Positions 1-12,277 of a stretch of DNA of 64,000 bases are shown one piece after another. The translations under genes and the position numbers were made by a program. Location: NCBI GenBank assembly GCA_018304425.1, contig JAGVWE010000004.1, positions 123,181 through 187,180 of the forward strand, given 5' to 3'. The stretch's first letter is position 1; every line of letters starts with the position of its first letter. This stretch comes from Candidatus Iainarchaeum sp. (lineage in GTDB: Archaea; Iainarchaeota; Iainarchaeia; Iainarchaeales; UBA10219). A model generated the notes under the pieces. That model did no database searches. It was given only the letters and a program-made list of their open reading frames with translations, and was not told the DNA's origin.

Positions 1-584
1 ATTCTTTCGACCTCGTCGCGTCGCTTGATGGAGAAGCTGGTGTTATCCCCTTTGGCGGCCAGGATCAGTTCCTTGGCGAGGGCCTGCTCCGCCGAGGTCT
101 TGCTGTTGAACGACTGCGCGAAGGCCGCCAAGGCAATGTTCTTCAGCGCCTCGTCCACCCGCTTCATGGGCGCGATGTCGACCGCGACCGTGTAAGAGAT
201 GCCGCCCCGCTTGATTCGCGTGATGTCCTCCCTCGGAGCAGAGTTCTCGATGGCCTGCACGAGCACCTGCACGGGGTTTTGCTTGGTTTCCCTTTCAGCA
301 ATGGCAAAAGCCTTTTCCACGATTTTCAGGGCCTGGATCTTCTTCCCGCAGCTGCCCCGGCCCCGGATGTACTTCCCGGACAGCTTTCGCTTGCCCTGGC
401 CCGAGCGCATGACCTTGTTGACCAGCCTTTCCACGACGCTCATGCGGGCCTTCTGGAAGGGGTATTCCTGCATTTTGCCGAACGTGTGGGGAACCATCTT
501 GGTCGCCAGGTCCAGGTAATTGGCGAGGCTCACATCGCTTATCTTCACGTCCGTGGTCTCCCAGTGGTCAAAAACCTTTCCCAT
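1..584 (-). CDS. rps7: 30S ribosomal protein uS7 (3'-partial, runs off window)
   Basis: Manual translation from ATG 584: MGKVFDHWETTDVKISDVSLANYLDL...IENSAPREDITRIKRGGISYTVAVDIAPMKRVDEALKNIA; follows uS12. Confidence 0.95.
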   Translation of the reverse strand, partial: MGKVFDHWETTDVKISDVSLANYLDLATKMVPHTFGKMQEYPFQKARMSVVERLVNKVMRSGQGKRKLSGKYIRGRGSCGKKIQALKIVEKAFAIAERETKQNPVQVLVQAIENSAPREDITRIKRGGISYTVAVDIAPMKRVDEALKNIALAAFAQSFNSKTSAEQALAKELILAAKGDNTSFSIKRRDEVER

Positions 585-594
585 ATCAATCCCT

Positions 595-1017
595 TTACCG
601 CTTTACCTTCTCCTTTCTGCCGGTGCGAAGCATTTCCAGGGCCTGCCCGTTCACGTGCGTGACCTTGTATTTCACGCCCCACAAGTCCCCCACCGGGCCA
701 TGCTTCCTTCCCCCGATGCCCGAAATGATGACTTCATCGTGTTCGTCAATGTACTTGATGGCGCCATCCTTGGGCGCCAAGGCCGTTACTTCCACGCCGT
801 TCTTGATGATTTGCACGCGCACGCATTTCCGTATCCCGGAATTCGGTTGCCTCGCCGTAACCCCGCGCTTCTCGAGGACGATGCCCCTTGCCTGGGGCGC
901 GCCCTCCAAGGGGTCGACCTTTTCCTTGAGGAGCCTCCGCTTGAAGGAGGCTTTCTTCTTCCGCCACTTCTTCCGGTTGTCCTCAAGACTCGCCGCTGCA
1001 AATTCTCCTTTCGCCAT
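595..1017 (-). CDS. rps12: 30S ribosomal protein uS12
   Basis: [25 protein letters not shown], archaeal S12 motifs. Confidence 0.97.
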   Translation of the reverse strand: MAKGEFAAASLEDNRKKWRKKKASFKRRLLKEKVDPLEGAPQARGIVLEKRGVTARQPNSGIRKCVRVQIIKNGVEVTALAPKDGAIKYIDEHDEVIISGIGGRKHGPVGDLWGVKYKVTHVNGQALEMLRTGRKEKVKR

Positions 1018-1022
1018 AAACA

Positions 1023-1436
1023 TCATCTGATAATCAAATCAGCTACCCCGTAATTTCTTTTCAATATTTCCTTTATCTTCCTCAGCTTGCCCAGGCTTTG
1101 CAGGGCCTTCTTCTTGTGCTCCGCTTCAAACGAGGCAATCAGCACCTTCCGCCCCTGCCGCTCCGAGAACGCGGTTTCCTTGATGGGAACCTTGTAAAAC
1201 GCTTTCCTCACAAAGTCCACAGCACTTTCCGCGTACTCGAACAACTCAATGCTCTTTCCAATCCTCTCCCTGACCTTCGCAATGGTCTGGCCGTTCTTGC
1301 CGATTGCCAGCCCCATTTGCTTGCCGTTGACCAGGAAAATGATTTCATCCTCCTTGGCCAGGCAGTCCCTCGCCGAAACCCCGGCAAGGTCCTCCAACGC
1401 GTTGATGTAATGGATCTCTGTCTTGCCCAACTTCAT
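1023..1436 (-). CDS. nusA: Archaeal NusA (KH-domain transcription factor)
   Basis: [10 protein letters not shown] motif; canonical position between eL30 and uS12; start reassigned to MKLGKTEI. Confidence 0.9.
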   Translation of the reverse strand: MKLGKTEIHYINALEDLAGVSARDCLAKEDEIIFLVNGKQMGLAIGKNGQTIAKVRERIGKSIELFEYAESAVDFVRKAFYKVPIKETAFSERQGRKVLIASFEAEHKKKALQSLGKLRKIKEILKRNYGVADLIIR

Positions 1437-1452
1437 TCTTCCACGTCCAAGG

Positions 1453-1770
1453 TCAGGCCTTGGCCTCGCCACCCAGGCTCAGCACGTTGCTCTTGCCCGG
1501 CTTGACAACCACCATGGAGAGAATGCTGAATGGCTTCCCGCAAACAGAGCCAAGCTCCAAACCCGTTCCCATGAACTCATAAACGGGTACACCGGCAACG
1601 CTTGCCTGTGCCTGGAGCTTTTCCTTTACAAGCTTCGGGATGTTCCCGCTAATTATTAGTAGTTGTCCGTCTCCCTTTAAAATACTTTTCTCGGACTCCC
1701 TGCGCCCGAAAAACACTTCCCCGGAGTCAACCGCCCTCCGGATTTCCTTGCCCGCATCCACTGCCGCCAT
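1453..1770 (-). CDS. rpl30e: 50S ribosomal protein eL30
   Basis: GTGLELGSVCGKPF motif; synteny. Confidence 0.95.
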   Translation of the reverse strand: MAAVDAGKEIRRAVDSGEVFFGRRESEKSILKGDGQLLIISGNIPKLVKEKLQAQASVAGVPVYEFMGTGLELGSVCGKPFSILSMVVVKPGKSNVLSLGGEAKA

Positions 1771-1772
1771 AC

Positions 1773-5725
<3,953 letters not shown>

Positions 5726-5727
5726 CT

Positions 5728-7551
5728 TTACACCTTGTCCCCGATTTTCAGTTTGGGGTTGACTCCCAACGCCTTCAGCTCGTCCAACAACAACTTGAAC
5801 CCGTAACTCATCTCAACGGGGTACACCTTGGAGCCGTCGCAGATCGCGCAATACTTCTTGTTCCGGATCTGGTCGTTGATGCCGATGACCCCGCACTTCT
5901 CGCAGACCAGTTCGATGGCCTTGTCCGAGTCCTCGATGAGTTTCTCGTGCAAGAGCATTGCGGCACCGTGGCCCACCAGGGTCTCGCCTTCCATTTCACC
6001 GAAGCGGAGGCCTCCCTCTTTTTCCTTTCCCTCGGTCGGCTGCCGGGTGAGAATCTGCACCGGGCCCCGTGACCGGGCCTGCATCTTGTGCGCGACCATG
6101 TGGAACAGCCGCCGGTAAGCCACGACCCCGGTAAAGATTTCGCCTTCGACCCGTTGCCCGGTCGTGCCATCGTAGAAGACTTCCTTGCCGTCCTCCCGGA
6201 AACCGTGTTCCTTGAGGATATCGGCCATTTCCTGCCTATCGCTTGCCGCGAACGGCGTGCCATCCACTTCCATGGCCTTCAACGAACCGGCCTTGCCTGC
6301 CAGCATTTCCAGCAGGTGCCCCATCGTCATACGGCTTGGCACCGAGTGCGGGTTCAGGATGAGGTCGGGCTTCATGCCGTCCTTCGTGAAAGGCATGTCC
6401 TCTTCGGGGATGATGGCGCCAATGACTCCCTTCTGGCCGTGCCGGGAACTGAACTTGTCGCCCAGCGCGGGCACCATCTCGCTCCGGATCTTCACCTTCA
6501 CCAGCTTGTTGCCAGACTCCCCCTCCGTGACAATGACCTTGTCGACGAAGCCGTGCTTGTTCTTGCGAATCGTGAGACTGCTTTCCCGTCTCTTTTCCTT
6601 GACCACGCCGAACTCCGAGATTTCCTCCAAGAACCTTGGCGGGGACGTCCGGCCCATGATGGCCTCTTTTTCCTGGACAAAGGACTCGACTCTCGGCAGG
6701 CCGTCCTCGGACAAGTGCTTGTAGACTTCCGGGCCCATGAACCCCACTGTTTCCTCGACCGGCACCTCGAACTTGTCAATCTGCCCGCCCGGATACCGGT
6801 TCTCGGCCGCCTCATACGTGCGAAAGTAAGCGCTCCTGGCCAGGCCCCGGTCAATGGCTCCCTTGTTCAACACCACGGCATCCAAGATGTTATACCCATA
6901 ATACGGCATGATGGCCACGACAAAGTTCTGGTTCGTGGGCCGCTTGTGGAGTTCCAGGACATCCATGGTCTTCGTCTTCACCAGCGTTTTCTGGGGATAG
7001 TACAGCAGATAACCCTCCGTGTCCGTGCGCAGGTTGTAGTTGATGCCGCTCAGGCCCTGGGCCTGCTTGAACATCTTGGCCCCGTGCAAGGCCTTTCCAG
7101 CCATGTTGTGCTGCAAGTAGGGAATCATGGACGTGATGACCGATAGGATGCCGATGGCCGCAACCTCGATGTGCGTGTGCTCCTTCGACAACTCCTCTTC
7201 ACCAGTCGCAATCAAGGCGTTCTCCTCTTCTTCCGCGTCCAGGTACTCGATGACGCCCGCATCCACGAGGTCCTGCCAGGCAAGCTTGCCTTCCCTGACC
7301 TGCTTGAGTATCTCCTCGGTCAGCTTGGGCTTGCCGTTCTCGACCACGATGAGCGGCCGCTGCACCCTCCCCGAGTCCGTGTTGATGTAGATTTCGTTCG
7401 TGTCCTCGTGGAACGCGATGTTGACGGAGGGCACGATTTTCCCCTGCCGCCGCCGCTGCACCAGGTCGTGCACGAGCTTCTCGCCGCTGGGGTGGAACCC
7501 AATCAGGCGGCCATTGATGTACACCCTGGACTTGCTTTCCTTCGCGCTCAT
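5728..7551 (-). CDS. rpoB1: RNA polymerase subunit Rpo2C (B')
   Basis: GDKFSSRHGQKG, GGLRFGEME, C-terminal CxxC...CxxC. Confidence 0.97.
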   Translation of the reverse strand: MSAKESKSRVYINGRLIGFHPSGEKLVHDLVQRRRQGKIVPSVNIAFHEDTNEIYINTDSGRVQRPLIVVENGKPKLTEEILKQVREGKLAWQDLVDAGVIEYLDAEEEENALIATGEEELSKEHTHIEVAAIGILSVITSMIPYLQHNMAGKALHGAKMFKQAQGLSGINYNLRTDTEGYLLYYPQKTLVKTKTMDVLELHKRPTNQNFVVAIMPYYGYNILDAVVLNKGAIDRGLARSAYFRTYEAAENRYPGGQIDKFEVPVEETVGFMGPEVYKHLSEDGLPRVESFVQEKEAIMGRTSPPRFLEEISEFGVVKEKRRESSLTIRKNKHGFVDKVIVTEGESGNKLVKVKIRSEMVPALGDKFSSRHGQKGVIGAIIPEEDMPFTKDGMKPDLILNPHSVPSRMTMGHLLEMLAGKAGSLKAMEVDGTPFAASDRQEMADILKEHGFREDGKEVFYDGTTGQRVEGEIFTGVVAYRRLFHMVAHKMQARSRGPVQILTRQPTEGKEKEGGLRFGEMEGETLVGHGAAMLLHEKLIEDSDKAIELVCEKCGVIGINDQIRNKKYCAICDGSKVYPVEMSYGFKLLLDELKALGVNPKLKIGDKV

Positions 7552-7749
7552 TTAAGCTTCACCCGCCACAACTGCCGAGGCGTCAGTTGGCACCGCATAC
7601 GGCCGCCCCATCTCGCTGCTGCTCGATGGGGCATAAATATCTGCCGAGGCGTCAGCCGAGTAGGCCCCCATGGGGGTTGACACCGCAGGCATGCCCCATT
7701 TCGCCCCGAAGGGGTTCGATGGGGCGGTAGGCTTATTGGCCAGCGTCAT
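7552..7749 (-). CDS. 65-aa mini-ORF made of two copies of a palindromic repeat, between rpoB'' and rpoB'
   Basis: ATGA overlap with rpoB'' stop; its TAA abuts the rpoB' ATG; PTAPS..PAV..AYSADASA peptide shared with the PdhC linker. Confidence 0.45.
   Translation of the reverse strand: MTLANKPTAPSNPFGAKWGMPAVSTPMGAYSADASADIYAPSSSSEMGRPYAVPTDASAVVAGEA
7569..7733. repeat. Two tandem copies (one shortened) of a hairpin-forming dispersed repeat
   Basis: ctgccgaggcgtcag at 7572 and 7641, caccgca at 7591 and 7681, gccccat..atggggc stems at 7605-7632 and 7693-7725. Confidence 0.85.
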
Positions 7750-9212
7750 TTCAATTTCACTCCCATGTCCCGCAACATCTTCTCCACCGGGCTTTCATCG
7801 GTTTCCGTGGTTACCTCCGCCAACAAGGCGAGGTTCTTGACCAGCCCACACTGCGGGCCGTCCGGGGTCTCGATGCAGCAGAGCCGGCCCCAATGCGTTC
7901 CATGCACGTCCCTGGCCTCGTACAACTCCCGGTTCTTGTCCAGGGGAGACTTGACCTTCCGCAAATCCGTCAACGGACTCAAATAATTCACGCGGTCCAT
8001 GAACTTGCTCACACCGGTTGCCCTGCCAATCCAGTTGCCGGTGCTCATCGCGAACCTAATTCTCTCCGTTATCGCACCGGGCCTCACCACCGTGCTGATG
8101 TTCAGCTTCCTTCTCCGGGTAACGGTTCGGTCAATCTGGAACTTCAAGTCCTTGATGAAGTACTTGAACGAGTACCGGAACAGGTGCTCCATGAGCTTGC
8201 CCGACAACTCAAGCCGTTTGTTCGCGTAGTGGTCCTTGTCGTCGTCTTCCCTGAGGTTGCTGGCCCGTTCAATGGCCTTGGTGGCCATCATGACCAGGTA
8301 ATAGGCCTTGGCCAGCCGGTCCTTGGGCTCCTGGCCGATGTGCGGCAACAGGAAGGCGTCCACGACTTCCTGCGCGCGCTTCAACCGGTATTCCTCGACC
8401 TGGCCGGGGGCCACGAACTTCCCGATCTTGTCCAGGGCCTCTTCCTCGGTCTTCACCTGCAGGGTCTCCAGGTTAATCAAGGCATCGTTCTCGATTTCCT
8501 TCGGCCCGCCCTCAAAGGCTTCCATGATTTCCCGGTCGTTTTTGAGGCCCAGCGCCTTCAACAACACGAACAACTTGAGCTTCCTCGGCGAGGCCGGGAA
8601 GGTGACGTTCAACGTGCCGTCCGGGTTCCGCAGGATCCTGACGCGGCCCTTGAACGCGCCCCGCGTCGAAATCACTTCCGCGATGATCTTGTCCTGTGCC
8701 TGCTTGGACACGAGCACACGGTCCGAGGCCAGCACTTCCTGGGTCATCAACGCCTTCTCAGAGCCGTTGATGATGAAATAACCGCCAAAGTCCTTGGGGT
8801 CCTCGCCCATCTCGACGAGTTCGTCCCCGGTCTTCCCGTTCAACCAGCACCGGTTCGACTTGAGCATGATGGGCAGTTCCCCGATGTACGCCCTTTTGAC
8901 GTCCTGCTCCACATCCCGCCGCAGCAACCGCATCGTCAAGTAAATGGGCGCCGAGTAAGTCCGGTTCCGGATGCGCGCCTCCATGGGGTAGAAGTTGGTG
9001 CGCGGGCTCCCGTCGGCTTCCACGATTTGGGGCCGGCCCACCTCGATTTTGTCCAACTCGATGCGGACTTCCTCGATTTTGGGCACGATCTGCTTGTTTT
9101 CCTCGACGATTTCGTCGAGCTTCTTGTCCAGGAACTGGTTGAAGCTGTCAATCTCCATCTGAGCAAAATTCCGGTTATGGAAATAGGATTGTACGAGCGG
9201 CCAATTCTTCAT
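7746..9212 (-). CDS. rpoB2: RNA polymerase subunit Rpo2N (B'')
   Basis: GGYFIINGSEK, DDKDHYANKRL, HWGRLCCIETPDGPQCGLVKNL; start reassigned to MKNWPLVQSYF. Confidence 0.97.
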   Translation of the reverse strand: MKNWPLVQSYFHNRNFAQMEIDSFNQFLDKKLDEIVEENKQIVPKIEEVRIELDKIEVGRPQIVEADGSPRTNFYPMEARIRNRTYSAPIYLTMRLLRRDVEQDVKRAYIGELPIMLKSNRCWLNGKTGDELVEMGEDPKDFGGYFIINGSEKALMTQEVLASDRVLVSKQAQDKIIAEVISTRGAFKGRVRILRNPDGTLNVTFPASPRKLKLFVLLKALGLKNDREIMEAFEGGPKEIENDALINLETLQVKTEEEALDKIGKFVAPGQVEEYRLKRAQEVVDAFLLPHIGQEPKDRLAKAYYLVMMATKAIERASNLREDDDKDHYANKRLELSGKLMEHLFRYSFKYFIKDLKFQIDRTVTRRRKLNISTVVRPGAITERIRFAMSTGNWIGRATGVSKFMDRVNYLSPLTDLRKVKSPLDKNRELYEARDVHGTHWGRLCCIETPDGPQCGLVKNLALLAEVTTETDESPVEKMLRDMGVKLK

Positions 9213-9342
9213 TCCAACTAACTCCTTCAACCTTTCTCCGCGAAAAGCCCCGAAGGGCAGGTTGCGGCCGTTCAAAGCCGCAACCGAGGTGGTTAAACCA
9301 ATCCAGTTCAATGGTTTGGAGTTGGTTCAATCAATGCAATGA

Positions 9343-9576
9343 TTACACTACGATCCGGTAGTACACGCTTCTTCCGGCCGTGGGGCTGTGCCGTGTTATC
9401 TTCACGATGTCGCCCCGCTTGGCCCCGATTTCTTCGATGACGGGGTCGTTGGCCAGAATCTGCGGGATTTTTTCGTTGGTGGCGTGGAACGCCTTCAAGA
9501 CTTCCGGAGCCTTGTCCTGTGGCACCACTTCGTGCTTGGGCACCATGAAATGCTGGGACAACTGCTTTAACACCAA
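9343..9576 (-). CDS. rpoH: RNA polymerase subunit Rpo5 (H)
   Basis: HFMVPKHEV...DPVIEEIGAKRGDIVKITRHSPTAGRSVYYRIVV; start uncertain (TTG 9576 or GTG 9573). Confidence 0.93.
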   Translation of the reverse strand: MVLKQLSQHFMVPKHEVVPQDKAPEVLKAFHATNEKIPQILANDPVIEEIGAKRGDIVKITRHSPTAGRSVYYRIVV

Positions 9577-9879
9577 GGGGACCACGCCATACTTTACGGC
9601 TTTAACGGGAATCCATGGGCCAGCCTCGCAAGGGAATTCAACGCCAAATCCTTGCCTTGGGGAAACGCCAATCCAACCCATTCACCGCGCAATCAGCCGC
9701 TACAAATACATCTACTCAGATGCACTATGTATTTCTACTATTTTCTCCAAAGAAAGAAATTTAAAGGCATACCCTAGCCGCCTAAAAACCCTTAAATGCC
9801 TTCCGCTCGCCCTCCCCCAAAGCATTACCCGAAACCGTTAACCAACCCGTTTTTAAGTAGTTAGCCGGGGTATTCCCTT

Positions 9880-10548
9880 GTGAGCTCGGAACACTTCTTC
9901 TTGTTGTTGGAGGTCTTGAAACAAGCCGGCCTGCAAGGCACCGCCCGTTCCTCGACCACGCGGTTGGCCAGGGTCCTCCATTGCAGCCAGCAAACCGTTT
10001 CCCGGCAACTCCGCGAACTCGAGGCCCGGAGCCTGCTTTTACGCCGCGCCTCTCCCCTCGGCGTTGAACTCTCCCTCTCCCCCCAAGGCCAGCGCTTGCT
10101 GCAAGGCGTTTACACCGAACTCTGCCAGTCCCTGCAAGCCAGCGGCAACCCCTGCACGCTTTCCGGCACCGTGGAAACCGGTTTGATGGAAGGGGCTTAC
10201 TATCTTTCCCTGCCCCCCTACCAACGGCAACTCCGCGAAAAACTCGGCTTCCCTCCCTTCAAGGGAACCCTCAACCTCCACGTCAACGAAACCGACTTGC
10301 ACGCCTTTCTCGCCCAGGCCAAGCCCCTGCACGTGGAAGGCTTTCAAAGCGAGGAACGTAGCTTCGGCGGCCTCAAAGCCTACCGCGTCCTCGTCAATGG
10401 AAAAATCCCTGCCGCCTTGATTCACCCAGACCGCACCACGCACAAGAACGTCGCAGAAGTCATCGCCGAGAAGAAGCTGCGCGACCAACTCGGCCTCAAA
10501 GACGGCGACCGCGTCTCCTTGACGCTCCAGGAGGAAAGCCATGCCTAA
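9880..10548 (+). CDS. ribK: CTP-dependent riboflavin kinase with N-terminal wHTH (RbkR-like)
   Basis: SQQTVSRQLRELE HTH; GLMEGAYY, GFPPFKGTLN, PDRTTH, LRDQLGLKDGD. Confidence 0.9.
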   Translation: MSSEHFFLLLEVLKQAGLQGTARSSTTRLARVLHCSQQTVSRQLRELEARSLLLRRASPLGVELSLSPQGQRLLQGVYTELCQSLQASGNPCTLSGTVETGLMEGAYYLSLPPYQRQLREKLGFPPFKGTLNLHVNETDLHAFLAQAKPLHVEGFQSEERSFGGLKAYRVLVNGKIPAALIHPDRTTHKNVAEVIAEKKLRDQLGLKDGDRVSLTLQEESHA

Positions 10549-11017
10549 AACACCGGTCATCGGCATCGCGGACACGATGTTCGCGCGCGCGGACATGGGT
10601 TCCCTGGCCGAGCAAACCATTCGAAGGGAGGCCCCGCAGGCCATCATTTACCGCGTCACGGTTCCGGGCATCAAGGACCTGCCGGTTGCCTGCAAGCGCC
10701 TCCTCGAGGCCAGGAAGTGCCATATCGTGGTCGCGCTGGGCATGCCCGGCAAGATGCCCATCGACCAGCAGTGCGCGCACGAAGCCTCTTTGGGCATCCA
10801 GTGGGCACAGTTGATGACGAACAAGCACGTCCTCGAGGTCTTCGTTCACGAGGGCGAGGGCAAGAACGACCAGGACCTGGCCGAGGTCATGCGCAACCGC
10901 ACGATTAAGCACGCCGTCAACGCCGTCAAGTTGTTGACCGACCCCGGTTGGTTGCGCGAGCGCGCGGGCACCGGCCAGCGGCAGGGAAGAGCGAATGCCA
11001 GGCCCCTCAAACTCTGA
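10541..11017 (+). CDS. ribC: Archaeal riboflavin synthase
   Basis: IGIADTMFARADMG, TVPGIKDLPVACKRL, GQRQG. Confidence 0.93.
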   Translation: MPKTPVIGIADTMFARADMGSLAEQTIRREAPQAIIYRVTVPGIKDLPVACKRLLEARKCHIVVALGMPGKMPIDQQCAHEASLGIQWAQLMTNKHVLEVFVHEGEGKNDQDLAEVMRNRTIKHAVNAVKLLTDPGWLRERAGTGQRQGRANARPLKL

Positions 11018-11426
11018 ACGCCGTCCCAGGCTTGGAATCGCGGTCAGCCGCTTCAACGAGGAGTTGACCTCGCGCATGCTTCGCACCGCCGAACAACACG
11101 CCGCATCCCTTGGCTGCACCCTCTCCCAGGTCCTTCACGTGCCAGGGGCTTATGACCTGCCGCTCGCCGTGAAAAAACTGCTGCAGCGCAGGGACGTGGA
11201 CGCGGTCGTGACCCTGGGTGCGGTCATCGCGGGGGAAACCGGGCACGACGAAGTCATCTTGTCCGCGCTCGCGCCCGCCTTGACGCAACTCTCGCTGGAG
11301 TTCATGAAACCCGTTGCCCTCGGCGTCATCGGCCCGGCCACCGAAGCCCAGGCCGAAGCCCGCGCCGAAGAATACCCCAAGCGCGCGGTCGAGGCCGCGG
11401 TGCAGATGCTGGCGGCTCTTCGATAG
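10995..11426 (+). CDS. ribH: 6,7-dimethyl-8-ribityllumazine synthase
   Basis: IAVSRFN, VPGAYDLP, LGAVIAGETGHDEVI. Confidence 0.93.
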   Translation: MPGPSNSERRPRLGIAVSRFNEELTSRMLRTAEQHAASLGCTLSQVLHVPGAYDLPLAVKKLLQRRDVDAVVTLGAVIAGETGHDEVILSALAPALTQLSLEFMKPVALGVIGPATEAQAEARAEEYPKRAVEAAVQMLAALR

Positions 11427-11469
11427 CCTTTTATTTATTCGCGGCCCCTGCGTTTAGGTGGAGAACAGC

Positions 11470-11834
11470 ATGAAGAACCTCGCACCCAAGCTCGTGCGCC
11501 AGCGCATCATCATCGAGGGCACGACGATGAAATCGCCAAGCCCCCGCTCATTAAGGCCTATCTATTGGCCTTGTCCAAGGCCGTCAAAATGAAGGCCTTG
11601 CGCAAGCCCCATGCCTATGTGGCAGGGGACATGGGCTACGGGGGCTGGATCCACTGGGCGACTTCGGGCGCGCACTTCTATTCCTATCCTGCCGAGCACA
11701 CGCACCCCACCAACCCGCCCTTGTTCACCGTGGATGCGTACACCTGCAAGCCGTTCTCGGCCCGGAAATCAGTCGCCTTCACCAGGCGCTACCTCAAGGC
11801 CCGGCACCTCGAGTGGAAGGAAATTGAAATCTGA
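11470..11834 (+). pseudogene. S-adenosylmethionine decarboxylase-like gene with an apparent -1 frameshift near 11527
   Basis: Frame A MKNLAPKLVRQRIIIEGTT (stops at 11590-11592); frame B continues DEIAKPPLIKAYLLALSKAVKM...GWIHWATSGAHFY...VDAYTCKPF. Confidence 0.65.
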
Positions 11835-12248
11835 TTACCTAGGGCTTCTGCGGCGCGTGAACACACCCATGGATTCCAGGGAGCGCGTGCCCCGTGTCCC
11901 ATAGCCGTGGAGGGTGCGGATGGTAACGTCAAGCAGTATAGCAATTTCGGCTATTCGTTTGGCTACTCTGGCTCTTTCAGCGGCACTTTCCACCACATCA
12001 AATGCGCGGTGGTAAGCGCCCAGCAAGGCCCGGGCTCTTTCGACTTCGTTCAGGTGCGGCGTGGTCTCGAAGTTTGAAATCGCCCGAAGCACGCGTTTTC
12101 CCTTTAAGGAAGGGAATCGGTGCAGGAGGTTCCTTTCAGCCACGCCCCGCAATTGCTTGCGATGCTCGCGTACCGACTGAAACAGGGGTTTTCTGGCTGC
12201 TTTATCGGTGCTCCTTCGCCTCGGATTTCGTACATGTTCCCTTTGCAT
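11835..12248 (-). CDS. Hypothetical basic (Arg-rich) protein
   Basis: 137-aa ORF fills the gap between convergent neighbours; visibly lower GC; no motif. Confidence 0.45.
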   Translation of the reverse strand: MQREHVRNPRRRSTDKAARKPLFQSVREHRKQLRGVAERNLLHRFPSLKGKRVLRAISNFETTPHLNEVERARALLGAYHRAFDVVESAAERARVAKRIAEIAILLDVTIRTLHGYGTRGTRSLESMGVFTRRRSPR

Positions 12249-12277
12249 TTTTTCGCCTCGTCTTCATCCTGCTCGTC

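Noticed and set aside
9577-9681. ORF-track N-terminal extension of rpoH (likewise 9213-9311 for rpoB'')
   Set aside because: No family similarity; downstream starts give normal lengths
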